A stretch of 34,044 bases of DNA, from positions 1 through 34,044 of the forward strand of contig CAMCYM010000001.1 in the NCBI GenBank assembly GCA_945883885.1, given 5' to 3'. Below, in pieces: positions 18,301-26,386 of this stretch. The translations under genes and the position numbers were made by a program. The stretch's first letter is position 1; the number at the start of each line of letters is the position of its first letter. Source of the DNA: Chryseobacterium gleum. Lineage in GTDB: Bacteria; Bacteroidota; Bacteroidia; Flavobacteriales_D; Sanyastnellaceae. The notes under the pieces were generated by a model. That model worked only from the letters and a program-made list of their open reading frames with translations, did no database searches and was not told the origin of the DNA.

Positions 18301-18527
18301 TGCGTGAAATGCGCCTCGATTACAACCTGCCGGCGTCGGTTACGAAGGATCTGCCGTTCTCGAATGTGAGCATCGGCGTCTTCGGCCGCAACCTGGCCAT
18401 CCTGCACAAGAACGTGCCGCACATCGACCCAGAAGTCGCGACTTCGGTGTCGAACATCCAGGGTTTCGAAGGCGGTCAGCTGCCGGCAGAACGCACCATC
18501 GGTGTGAACCTGAAGTTCAACCTCTGA
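15387..18527 (+). CDS. SusC/RagA-family TonB-dependent outer-membrane transporter
   Basis: It has a signal peptide and a CarboxypepD_reg-like domain (VRGTVKDKATGDPLPGVAVLVEGKTKGVFSDGNGAFSI). The TonB-box/plug reads DEVVVTALGVSREKKALGYAVQEL...VQVTSG...LLRGASSITGSNQPLFVVDGVP. The barrel is about 1000 aa. Confidence 0.95.
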   Translation: MKAKLLFLLSFMLGLSAWASAQVRGTVKDKATGDPLPGVAVLVEGKTKGVFSDGNGAFSIQADASKDVLVFSFVGYNNVRLPLNGATNVNVSMESGVALDEVVVTALGVSREKKALGYAVQELGGDAFTEARADNIVRSLTGKIAGVQVTSGTSMGSSSKVLLRGASSITGSNQPLFVVDGVPMDNSDYASANVQRDAGGYDYGNAIQDLNPDDIESVSVLKGPAAAALYGARASNGAIVITTKSGKGFQSSGRRGIGVSVNTGVAFNNVYVLPDYQNRYGGGAGPQFIDTIGGYPIPDYGYDGSWGPELDGTLVRHWDSWYNYEGDELYGVAEPWSPTSSDVDEFFQTGVTYTNNFAVTGASDDGSFRLSYTNHDQTGVYENSSLKRNTISFSGSQQVSDRLRADISANYVQSQGQGRPLTGYGESVMSQFTQWGQRQVRMDRLRNYMNPDGTQRTWNRNSADDPTPHYWDNPFWERYMNVQNDQRDRMFGTATLNYKINDTWSLMGRALTDFYIDRRQERIAVGGVRESSYSEYTRQLQETNLDAYLNFQDDLSDALSIKGFIGVNKRMNTYRQLGAYTLGGLNTAGLYNVTNGVDGYMVSDTESEKVVNSVLGSVSFGYNSSLYLDLTGRNDWSSTLPSENNSYFYPSATASYVFSEVFDLPAVSFGKLRLGWAQVGNDTSPYQTGITYAINPNYGSNGSATVPNAQNNPNLRPEKTSSIEIGAEVNFFNDRLRVDATYYNSTTEDLIFNVPVSPASGYSSTVLNAGKTSNKGIELAIAGTPVATENLTWNIGLNFAKNQNELLELADGVENIRYSSLFGVTLEARPGQPLGTFYGYDFVYDDAGNKLVDDDGFYLSTDEVVPLGSILPDFTGGVFTDITWKNLTLYALIDFQKGGSLHSYSNQWGKYSGTLAETAEGDIRENGLVVDGVYASTGEQNTSVIDVQSHFFYNQGYVIHAADQYDASFVKLREMRLDYNLPASVTKDLPFSNVSIGVFGRNLAILHKNVPHIDPEVATSVSNIQGFEGGQLPAERTIGVNLKFNL

Positions 18528-18548
18528 TCACCCCTTCACAGCAACGCA

Positions 18549-20018
18549 ATGAACAAACACATTCTTCTGGCGACGGGCGTGATCGCAGCCCTCGCCTTCT
18601 CGGGATGCCGCAAGGATTTCGAGGAGATCAATACGAACCCGAACCAGCCGACCGACGTGTCGCCGGGCTTCCTGCTGACATCCGCCCAAAAGTCCATCAT
18701 GGACGAGACCTACGATGCGTTTTGGGGCAGCCGGGGTCACATGCAGTTGGCTCAGTTTTGGGCCTCGAACCAGTACTCGAACGAGTCGCGCTACGAATTC
18801 CGGAACGAGACCACGAACGGAACCTGGCGTGACCTCTACGCAGGCCCCCTCCAAGACCTGCAGCAAATCATCGATTTGAACACCGACCGTCCGGACGATA
18901 TGGCCGGTTACGGGGCAAATGTGAACCAAATCGCTGTGGCGAAAATCCTGCAAGCGTGGGTGTACCAGCACCTGACGGACAGCTTCGGGGCCATCCCGAT
19001 GTCGCAAGCGCTGCAAGGCGGCGATGACACCACACCGGCGTACGACACGCAGGAGGAGGTGTACAATCAGTTGCTTGCACTCGTGAACGACGCACTCGGT
19101 TCGATGGACGTCAGCGCGGCGGGCCCGCAAGGCGACCAAATCTTCGGGGGCAACATGGACGGTTGGCAGAAATTCGGCAATTCGCTGAAGCTGCGGATCG
19201 CCATGCGCATGGCGGACGCGAACCCATCGGCGGCCCAAACTGCTGTGGAGCAGGTCAATGCCAGCGGCGCCTTCATCGCCTCGAATGCAGACAACGCCTT
19301 GTTCGCTTACCTCGGCGGCGCGCCGAACAACAACCCCATCAACGAAGACGCAAAGACGCGCAATGACTTCGCGGCGTCGAATGTGATGGTGGACTACCTC
19401 GCCGCGCACGAAGACCCGCGGATGGCAGCGTTCTATGCACCAGCCGTTGCGAGCGGCGCGTTCGTCGGTGAGGTGTACGGCTTGAGCGAGGCAAATGCAG
19501 CGTTGACGCCGGATGTCGACGTGTCCCAGCGCAGCGAGGTCGTTCTGGCGGCCGACCTGCCGGGGATTTACTTCGACGCGGCCCAAACGCACTTCCTCTT
19601 CGCCGAGGCGGCGGAGCGTGGCTGGGCAGCGCCCCTGAGCGCGGCAGCGCACTACGAGGAAGCCATTCGACTGAGCATGGCGTACTGGGGGGTGGATGCA
19701 GCAGCGGCAGACACGTACCTCGCGCGGACGGATGTGGCCTACGCCACTGCCGAAGGCACGTGGAAGGAAAAGATCGGTGCCCAAAAGTGGATCGCCCTCT
19801 ACATGCAAGGCGGGGAAGCGTGGGCCGAGTACCGCCGTCTGGACTTCGGCGTGTTGCAGCTCCCGGTCGACGGCGTCCTGAGCGGCTCGGGCATTCCCTC
19901 GCGGTTGCAGTACCCGCTGGACGAGCAGACGCTCAACGCCGGGGAATACGCAAATGGCGTGGCCGCAAACGGCGGCACGGACGCTCTGGACACGAAGCTT
20001 TGGTGGGACGTCAACTGA
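18549..20018 (+). CDS. SusD/RagB-family nutrient-binding outer-membrane lipoprotein
   Basis: The lipobox is ALAFSGC. It is followed by the typical FEEINTNPNQPTDVSPGFLLTSAQ, and the C-terminal part carries WAEYRR. The gene is located 21 nt after SusC. Confidence 0.9.
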   Translation: MNKHILLATGVIAALAFSGCRKDFEEINTNPNQPTDVSPGFLLTSAQKSIMDETYDAFWGSRGHMQLAQFWASNQYSNESRYEFRNETTNGTWRDLYAGPLQDLQQIIDLNTDRPDDMAGYGANVNQIAVAKILQAWVYQHLTDSFGAIPMSQALQGGDDTTPAYDTQEEVYNQLLALVNDALGSMDVSAAGPQGDQIFGGNMDGWQKFGNSLKLRIAMRMADANPSAAQTAVEQVNASGAFIASNADNALFAYLGGAPNNNPINEDAKTRNDFAASNVMVDYLAAHEDPRMAAFYAPAVASGAFVGEVYGLSEANAALTPDVDVSQRSEVVLAADLPGIYFDAAQTHFLFAEAAERGWAAPLSAAAHYEEAIRLSMAYWGVDAAAADTYLARTDVAYATAEGTWKEKIGAQKWIALYMQGGEAWAEYRRLDFGVLQLPVDGVLSGSGIPSRLQYPLDEQTLNAGEYANGVAANGGTDALDTKLWWDVN

Positions 20019-20041
20019 CGCCTGCCTCGCACAGAATACGG

Positions 20042-20073
20042 CAAGGCCCGTTCGCTTCGGCGGACGGGCCTTG
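20042..20073. terminator. 14-bp hairpin with TTCG loop between convergent SusD and OMP genes (possible bidirectional terminator)
   Basis: CAAGGCCCGTTCGC-TTCG-GCGGACGGGCCTTG, with one G-T pair. There is no clear T-tract on either side, so intrinsic termination is not certain. Confidence 0.45.
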
Positions 20074-20078
20074 TGCGT

Positions 20079-21035
20079 TCAGAAGCCGTACCCTACCGAG
20101 ATCCCGAGGCGGTGACCGATGGGCAGCCGCGACGCCCCGAGCTCTTCCACGTTGCGGTCGGTCCACGAGCCCAGCGGCGGGATGCTCCACGCGCTCTCGA
20201 CGCCGACCACGAAGGCCAGGAAATGCAGGCGGGCCTGGAGCGAGGCATGCTGCGCGGTGAGGATCGAAGCGGCGGACGGAATCACGGCGGACGGGGCGTC
20301 GTTGAGGTAGATGCGGTTGAAGTCTTGGTGGTTGCGCAGGATTTGGGCGGCTGCTGCCGGCGCAAAGCGGTAGTATGCGGCCAAACCGATGAAGGGGTTG
20401 AGCGGCTTCGTCACCCCGGCTTCGACGTACGGCAGCACCGCCAAATCCCCCACCCGCGGCTCTTCAGGCCAGGACCAATCGTACTCGTCGCGCAATTCGT
20501 TGTAGTGGTCCAGGAAGCCGCGCACGCGCTCGTCCGTGCTGCTCAACGCCACCTCCGACCCGTCGCGCCGCGCCGCCCGCGCATAGTACGCCACGGGCAT
20601 CGCCCCGACTCCGAAGGTGAGGCCGACCGGCAACACCCCTTCGCCGGTCCATCCGAAGCGGAGGCCTCGCACGGCTCCGGTCGTTCCGGCTTTCGTCAAG
20701 GTTTGTACACGCGAGGTATACGAAAACTCCTGCAACCGGTACTGGATTTCTGCGGCAGGCAAATCGGGCCTCGTACGTTCGAACGCTTGGCGCATGACCG
20801 AGACGGACTCAGATTGCGAAAACGCAGGCAACTCAGGCGGCATCAGGACCGCCTCGACCGTCCACCGGACATCCTCGCGGGGCGGGTTTGCGTGGAGCCA
20901 CGCGCGTGCGCCCATCCGGTCAGAACCGGTGGCGCTGGTGTCTCGTGCGTTCAACAGGCTCGCGTCGAGGCGTTGGGCCGTGGCGGGCAGGACACTTCCT
21001 GCACCGGCAAGCAGGAGCAGGGCGACGCGCCTCAT
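20079..21035 (-). CDS. Hypothetical outer-membrane protein (signal peptide, C-terminal aromatic residue)
   Basis: The N-terminus MRRVALLLLAGAGSVLPATAQ is a signal peptide. The protein ends in ISVGYGF, an OMP-like terminal Phe, with alternating hydrophobic stretches near the C-terminus. I recognise no family. The ATG overlaps the stop of the upstream lipoprotein gene (ATGA). Confidence 0.6.
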   Translation of the reverse strand: MRRVALLLLAGAGSVLPATAQRLDASLLNARDTSATGSDRMGARAWLHANPPREDVRWTVEAVLMPPELPAFSQSESVSVMRQAFERTRPDLPAAEIQYRLQEFSYTSRVQTLTKAGTTGAVRGLRFGWTGEGVLPVGLTFGVGAMPVAYYARAARRDGSEVALSSTDERVRGFLDHYNELRDEYDWSWPEEPRVGDLAVLPYVEAGVTKPLNPFIGLAAYYRFAPAAAAQILRNHQDFNRIYLNDAPSAVIPSAASILTAQHASLQARLHFLAFVVGVESAWSIPPLGSWTDRNVEELGASRLPIGHRLGISVGYGF

Positions 21036-21442
21036 GGCTGGAACTCGAATTTGCCGCCGTAGCCCGCGACGATGCAGGTGGTCCGCCGGAAGAGGATGGC
21101 GCGCTGTTCTTCGACGATGTACTTCGGGTTCACCAGCACATCGAAGTCTGTGTCTTTCAGTGCTTTGTAAATCGCCGCACGCTTCTCCCGGGTGACCGCG
21201 CCCGGCCCGAACGGCATCCCGGGAAAATCTGCGGTGGTGCGGTCTCCGAAGCGGAAAACCCCCAGTACCCGCGTCGTCCGGCCGACTCCGGTGAGGGTGC
21301 GCGTGGTGTCGACTTGGACGTCGACTTGCACCGGTGCAATGTCGAGGACGAGCGAGCCTTCGGCGAGCTTGACCGATTGCTCAAGCGAGGTGCAGCCGGT
21401 CAATGCGGCCACCGCGGCAAGGAGGAGAAAGGAACGGTTCAT
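21032..21442 (-). CDS. Small hypothetical lipoprotein (136 aa)
   Basis: An internal ATG of track ORF 21032-22246 gives MNRSFLLLAAVAALTGC, a lipobox. The rest of the 404-aa ORF overlaps the cyclase gene out of frame and is R/G/P-rich junk. The start overlaps the cyclase stop (ATGA). Confidence 0.7.
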   Translation of the reverse strand: MNRSFLLLAAVAALTGCTSLEQSVKLAEGSLVLDIAPVQVDVQVDTTRTLTGVGRTTRVLGVFRFGDRTTADFPGMPFGPGAVTREKRAAIYKALKDTDFDVLVNPKYIVEEQRAILFRRTTCIVAGYGGKFEFQP

Positions 21443-22206
21443 GGGCGGGCAAAGATGCGGAAAAGTATAGGCCGGCTGGGCACCGCGTCGTTGTCGAGCA
21501 GCGCGACCTGCAGGTTGAGCAGGTACACGCCGTCCGCGACGCCCTCCGGCACGTGGATCATCTCGGTGATGGTGGCGTGCCGCCGCGGGGCGTCCGGCAC
21601 GCGCCAAAAGGCCCGGTGGGCCGCCAACGCTCCCCCATCCACTTCGCGGTCCACCGACGGCAAATCCAGCAACAGGTGCTCCACCCCGCGGTCTGCCAAT
21701 CCCTTCGCCGCCGCCGCTTCGAGGTACGGCGGGTTCGAATTCGACCAGTCCCGGCGCCCGCACTCCGGATCCGGCGGCGCGGTGCGCAGGACGCACGCCT
21801 TCACCTCGACCGACCCTTCCGCCCAGCGGTCCCAAGCCGTGCACACGTCGCGGCCGGTCAGCACGCGGTCCTCGCCCCGGACTTCCGTCTGCACCGTAAT
21901 CACCGCGGCGGGCACGAGGACGGGCGGGAGCGCCTCCGGCAGCCGTTCGCACACGGCCGTGATGTGGCCCAGGCATTCCGTGTGGGTGCCATGGCCGTGG
22001 GGATTGAAGTAGACATCTCGGAAGTTGACGTTCCCGCCCTCCGCCACCGACCCGACCCAATCCCCCATCCGCACCGGCTCGAACCGCGGCGGCCCCACGT
22101 ACCACGCCCGCGCCCCGCCGTCGGCCTGCACCGGCACGCCAAGTTCGATGGGCCGTGAGGCATCGGCCTGAAACCGTTGGCCGTGCAGGGTAAACTCGAT
22201 TTCCAT
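21439..22206 (-). CDS. Cyclase-family protein (kynurenine-formamidase-like metal hydrolase fold, PF04199-like)
   Basis: NPHGHGTHTECLGHI resembles the HxGTHxDxPxH metal-binding motif, with D to E and P to L changes. The protein is 255 aa with no signal peptide. Confidence 0.65.
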   Translation of the reverse strand: MEIEFTLHGQRFQADASRPIELGVPVQADGGARAWYVGPPRFEPVRMGDWVGSVAEGGNVNFRDVYFNPHGHGTHTECLGHITAVCERLPEALPPVLVPAAVITVQTEVRGEDRVLTGRDVCTAWDRWAEGSVEVKACVLRTAPPDPECGRRDWSNSNPPYLEAAAAKGLADRGVEHLLLDLPSVDREVDGGALAAHRAFWRVPDAPRRHATITEMIHVPEGVADGVYLLNLQVALLDNDAVPSRPILFRIFARP

Positions 22207-22244
22207 GGCGCCAAGTTCGCCTCCCCTTCCCCAGTTTGGTGCAC

Positions 22245-22272
22245 AAAAAAGGGCCGCCCCGCAGGGCAGCCC
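22245..22272 (-). terminator. Rho-independent terminator after the beta-barrel OMP gene
   Basis: The minus strand reads GGGCUGCCC-UGCG-GGGCGGCCC followed by UUUUUU (one U-G pair). It starts 24 nt after the stop at 22297. Confidence 0.85.
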
Positions 22273-22296
22273 TTTCTGTGCAGCCGAAGCCGCAAA

Positions 22297-23061
22297 TCAG
22301 TTGAACAGGTAGCCGATCCGGAGGGTCGACTGGAAGACGTTGCCCAGCTGGGTGTTGCTGAGGTGGCCAGTGTCGTAATCACCCACGATGGCCACCGGAG
22401 CGTCTGCGTCCGGTGCTGCGCCGTTCTCGAGGTTCCAAGCGACGAGGTCGCTCACTTCGATGGTGAAGTCCGTGACGTTCGTTTTTGCGAAGCCCAGGCC
22501 CGCTTCCACACCCATGTACATGGCATCGGTGAAGTAGAAGTCCACACCGGTGACGACCTTCAAGCCGAAGGTGTTCGAACCTTGCGATTCGGTTGCCGTC
22601 CACGTGACATTCTTCTCGAGCTGACCGACGTTGTCGATGTCATTCGCCCCCCAGTATTCGGTCTCGTAGCTGTTCTTTCCGGTCATGAAGAACGCCTCAA
22701 CACCCCAGTAGGGCGAAAGGCGGTCCTGTCCGTCCCAGTGCATTTCATAACCCACTGCCAGACCGAACATGGAAGACTTTTCCGTGTCGTGCAACTGCGG
22801 GCTCACGGGATCCGTCGCCGACAAGTCGCCTTCTTGCGTGGTCACATACACATCGGTGTTGTTGTCCAACATGAGGGACACGCGGAAGGCGCGGTTGTCC
22901 TCGAGGAAGTTCCGGTACTTGATGACCGTACCGTCGATGACGCCTGTTCCGAGCGGGGTGAAGCCGAGTTCGATGTTGTGCTCATCGCCCATTTGCTTCT
23001 GCGCCTGAGCGCCGAAAGAGACCAGCGACACAAGCGCCAGTGCGAAAACAAGTTTTTTCAT
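22297..23061 (-). CDS. Outer-membrane beta-barrel protein (porin/OmpW-like size, 254 aa)
   Basis: The ATG at 23061 gives MKKLVFALALVSLVSFGAQAQ. The body shows amphipathic beta-strand periodicity with aromatic girdle residues (GLAVGYEMHW, GVEAFFM, GVDFYFT, GVEAGLGF), and the C-terminus is LRIGYLFN. Confidence 0.75.
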   Translation of the reverse strand: MKKLVFALALVSLVSFGAQAQKQMGDEHNIELGFTPLGTGVIDGTVIKYRNFLEDNRAFRVSLMLDNNTDVYVTTQEGDLSATDPVSPQLHDTEKSSMFGLAVGYEMHWDGQDRLSPYWGVEAFFMTGKNSYETEYWGANDIDNVGQLEKNVTWTATESQGSNTFGLKVVTGVDFYFTDAMYMGVEAGLGFAKTNVTDFTIEVSDLVAWNLENGAAPDADAPVAIVGDYDTGHLSNTQLGNVFQSTLRIGYLFN

Positions 23062-23189
23062 GGAGAAAAAGGTTGTGGTTTCAGATTCCGAACCGCCAAG
23101 TACGGGAAAATGTCCCCGACCTCCCGGCACGTCGCGCAGACTTATCCGCGGACGAATTGTTGATAACCTGTTAATAGGCTGATGGCCAA

Positions 23190-25037
23190 TCACTCCACCG
23201 TCACACTCTTCGCGAGGTTCCGGGGCTGATCCACGTTGCAGCCGCGCATGACGGCGATGTGGTAGCTCAGGAGTTGGAGCGGGATGCAGGTGAGCAGGGG
23301 CGCGAGGGCATCGTCGCACCGTGGAATCTCGATGACGTGGTCAGAGAGGCCGGGGACCGTGCGGTCGCCTTCCGTGATGACGGAAATGAGCCGTCCGCCG
23401 CGGGCGCGCACTTCTTGGATGTTCGAGACGACCTTGTCGTACACCTCGTCCGCCGTGGCGATGAACACCACCGGCATCTCGCTGTCGATGAGCGCAATGG
23501 GGCCGTGTTTCATCTCTGCTGCTGGATAGCCCTCGGCGTGGATGTAGCTGATTTCCTTGAGCTTGAGAGCGCCTTCGAGCGCGACGGGGAAGTTGTATCC
23601 GCGGCCGAGGTACAGTGCATTCGTGGCCTTGTGGAACTCCTCGGAGATGGCTTGGATGCGCAGGTCTTGTTCGAGGATGCGCTGCACCTTGTCCGGGATG
23701 CCGGACAGCTCTGCGAGCAGGCGGAAGTAGCGTTCTGAGGGGAGCGTGCCCAGTCGGCGTCCGAGGTGCAGGGCGATGAGGGTCAAGACCGCGACTTGGG
23801 CGGTGAAGGCCTTCGTCGAGGCCACGCCGATTTCCGGGCCGGCGTGGGTGTAGCTGCCGCTGTGCGTTTCGCGGGCGATGCTCGATCCCACGACGTTGCA
23901 GACTCCGAAGACGTGGGCGCCTTGGGATTTGGCAAGCCGCAGCGCGGCGAGGGTATCAGCCGTTTCGCCGCTTTGTGAAATCGCGATGATCACGTCGGTC
24001 GGCCGTACGATGGGGTTGCGGTAGCGGAATTCACTGGCATACTCGACTTCCACCGGGATGCGCGTGAACTCTTCGAGGAGGTATTCTGCCACAAGGCCCG
24101 CGTGCCAACTCGTTCCACAGCCCAGGATGATGATCCGCTCGGCCGCCGCCCAGCGTTCCCAGTGGTCGTCGATGCCGGCCATTTTGATCTCTCCGCGTTG
24201 CAAGCTGAGGCGGCCCCGGATGCTGTCCGTGATGGACCGGGGTTGTTCGAAGATTTCTTTGAGCATGAAGTGCTCAAAACCGCCCTTCTCCAGCGCCTCC
24301 AGCTGCATCTCGAGGGCATGGATTTCCGGAGTCACCGCGTCGTTTGCGATGGTGCGGATGAGCAGTCCCTCCGTGCGGTGGATGCGGGCAATCTCCTCGT
24401 CCTCGAGGTAGATGACGTTCGGCGTGTAGGTCACGATGGGCGTGGCGTCCGAGGCGACGTAGTAGTCGTTGTCCGGGCCTACTCCGATGACCAGGGGGCT
24501 GGATTTGCGGGCCGCGATGAGCACGTCTGGCTGGGTGCGGTCCAGGACTGCGATGGCGTAGGCGCCTTGGACTTCGCCGAGGGCGATGCGCACCGCGTCG
24601 AAGATGGGAGCGCCGGTCGTGTCCTGCACTTCCTCGATCAGGTGGGCCAGCACTTCCGTGTCCGTCTCGCTGAGGAAGCGGTGTCCACGCTGGCGCAGAC
24701 CTTCCTTGAGCGTTGCGTAGTTCTCGATGATGCCGTTGTGAATCACGGCGATGCGTCCGGTTCCGCAGGCGTGCGGGTGCGCGTTCACATCGTTCGGCGG
24801 TCCGTGCGTGGCCCAGCGGGTGTGCCCGATACCGACCGTTCCTGTGGGGATGCGGCCGTCGATGTGGTGGACCAAATCGGCCACCTTGCCCTTCTTCTTC
24901 TCGATGCGCAAGGCGGAGTCCGGCTCGAGCGTGGCGATGCCGGCGCTGTCGTAGCCCCGGTACTCGAGCCGTTGCAATCCCCCGATCAGGATGGGGTAGG
25001 CGGGCTTATCGCCCAAATACGCTACGATGCCGCACAT
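23190..25037 (-). CDS. glmS: Glutamine--fructose-6-phosphate aminotransferase (isomerizing)
   Basis: MCGIVAYLG supplies the N-terminal Cys nucleophile. Two SIS domains are present, and the C-terminus is DQPRNLAKSVTVE. Confidence 0.98.
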   Translation of the reverse strand: MCGIVAYLGDKPAYPILIGGLQRLEYRGYDSAGIATLEPDSALRIEKKKGKVADLVHHIDGRIPTGTVGIGHTRWATHGPPNDVNAHPHACGTGRIAVIHNGIIENYATLKEGLRQRGHRFLSETDTEVLAHLIEEVQDTTGAPIFDAVRIALGEVQGAYAIAVLDRTQPDVLIAARKSSPLVIGVGPDNDYYVASDATPIVTYTPNVIYLEDEEIARIHRTEGLLIRTIANDAVTPEIHALEMQLEALEKGGFEHFMLKEIFEQPRSITDSIRGRLSLQRGEIKMAGIDDHWERWAAAERIIILGCGTSWHAGLVAEYLLEEFTRIPVEVEYASEFRYRNPIVRPTDVIIAISQSGETADTLAALRLAKSQGAHVFGVCNVVGSSIARETHSGSYTHAGPEIGVASTKAFTAQVAVLTLIALHLGRRLGTLPSERYFRLLAELSGIPDKVQRILEQDLRIQAISEEFHKATNALYLGRGYNFPVALEGALKLKEISYIHAEGYPAAEMKHGPIALIDSEMPVVFIATADEVYDKVVSNIQEVRARGGRLISVITEGDRTVPGLSDHVIEIPRCDDALAPLLTCIPLQLLSYHIAVMRGCNVDQPRNLAKSVTVE

Positions 25038-25061
25038 GCGCCGAAAGTTAGCGGGATGAAT

Positions 25062-26372
25062 TCAATGCGAATAGGTCAGCACGAGTTTCGTTCGCCTTTC
25101 CTCGGTTCCGTTTCCGGGCCCGAGGATTTTCACCCCTTGCAATCCGATTCCGGCACGGGAGGCCACGGCATGCAGTCGCGCTGTTCCCAGTGTTCCGTTG
25201 ATCCACTGCTGCACGGTGGAAGTGAGGTTGAAGCGGTAGTAGCCCGTCGCAGGGTCGAGGTTGCCGTTGATCGTGATGCCGGGCGCGTTTTGGTCCGGGG
25301 TGGAGATGGGCAATCCGTCGGCATCTTCCATCAGCATGAACAGCTGATCGGGGGCCGGAAAACGCGGGTCGATGGCGCTCGAGTCCAGCGGCAGCCAAAG
25401 TTCCGCGCGGTTGATGGCGCGCCCTTCGAATGCATTGAATGCTTCGAGGTGGGGGAATCGGATGCGCAGTTTCGCACCTGCACCGGAAATGACCCAACCG
25501 TCTCCGGCGATTTCCGGATCCTCCGGGGCATTCAACCCTGTGAGCTCCCCCGACCACGCATGCCGAAACAGGTTCGCGCGACCGCTCAGTGCGTTGAGCA
25601 CGAAATCGTAGACCAGGGTGTCTTCCGCGTTGTGGTAATGCAAGCGCATGCCGCTCAGCCCGCCGGTGAGGTCGAACGCTGCAGCCCCTTCCGATCCGAC
25701 TTCGGGCGTGACGAGGAGGCCGTGGAAGTACTCCAGCCAGGCGTCGTTCGAACCGAAGACGCCGTCTGCAGCTGCGTCCATCAGCCGGACGGCAAGTTCG
25801 TGGTCGAGGCGGATGCGCAGCTCTCCGGTCAGGGTGTCGTCTCCGCTGACGAAGGATGCTTCGGGGTCGAAGCGGACTGCGAGTTGGTCCGCATGCACGA
25901 GGTTGTCGCCTGCCGTGTCGAAGATGCGGTTCGAATAGTACGTGGAGTCGATGCGGACCGGTTCAGCAAGTTCCTGCACGAGGAAACGCATGTTCCGTTG
26001 CCGGCCAAACGTCGCTCCTGTGTACCGGAACCGCAGGTAGATGCTATCCGCGACAGCGCCCTCGCCGAAGTCCACATCGGGGGCAGACAGCCGAAGTTGA
26101 CACGCGAAAGACGCTGTATGCCAGCCGGTTCCTGGCAGCTGCATCTGACCGAGGACGGAGGAACTGAGGTTGCCAGTGGCCAAACTGTCCTCGCGCACGG
26201 TGGACAACTCCACCGTGACGGTATCCGTGGTGTAGAGCGCTAACAGGTCGCCCTCCGTTTGGAGGTCGCGGCCTAGATCGGTCTCAGGTTTCTTGCACCC
26301 GTGGGCCAGAAAGGCCGCGCCTCCCACACACAACCAGACTGCCGCGCGGAGGCGGACGGAGGCCTTCAGCAT
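25062..26372 (-). CDS. DUF4270-family lipoprotein
   Basis: The lipobox is FLAHGC. The 436-aa protein has no enzymatic motif. Its position between the short glycogen-synthase-like gene and glmS is, from memory, the usual Bacteroidota context of DUF4270. Confidence 0.6.
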   Translation of the reverse strand: MLKASVRLRAAVWLCVGGAAFLAHGCKKPETDLGRDLQTEGDLLALYTTDTVTVELSTVREDSLATGNLSSSVLGQMQLPGTGWHTASFACQLRLSAPDVDFGEGAVADSIYLRFRYTGATFGRQRNMRFLVQELAEPVRIDSTYYSNRIFDTAGDNLVHADQLAVRFDPEASFVSGDDTLTGELRIRLDHELAVRLMDAAADGVFGSNDAWLEYFHGLLVTPEVGSEGAAAFDLTGGLSGMRLHYHNAEDTLVYDFVLNALSGRANLFRHAWSGELTGLNAPEDPEIAGDGWVISGAGAKLRIRFPHLEAFNAFEGRAINRAELWLPLDSSAIDPRFPAPDQLFMLMEDADGLPISTPDQNAPGITINGNLDPATGYYRFNLTSTVQQWINGTLGTARLHAVASRAGIGLQGVKILGPGNGTEERRTKLVLTYSH

Positions 26373-26386
26373 GCCGCGAAGTTCCG

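Noticed and set aside
21443-22246. N-terminal 268 codons of track ORF 21032-22246 (404 aa)
   Set aside because: This part overlaps the cyclase-family gene in another frame and is R/G/P-rich. A clean lipoprotein signal starts at the internal ATG 21442, which also forms an ATGA overlap with the cyclase stop.
25038-25061. Possible glmS ribozyme or leader upstream of glmS
   Set aside because: Only 24 nt separate glmS from the upstream DUF4270 gene, far too short for the ribozyme. That element is also characteristic of Firmicutes-type loci.
24102-26243. 713-aa ORF on the plus strand, spanning the antisense of glmS and DUF4270
   Set aside because: It crosses two unrelated genes and their spacer. 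It is R/G/V/D-rich low-information sequence, whereas the glmS frame on the other strand is unambiguous.
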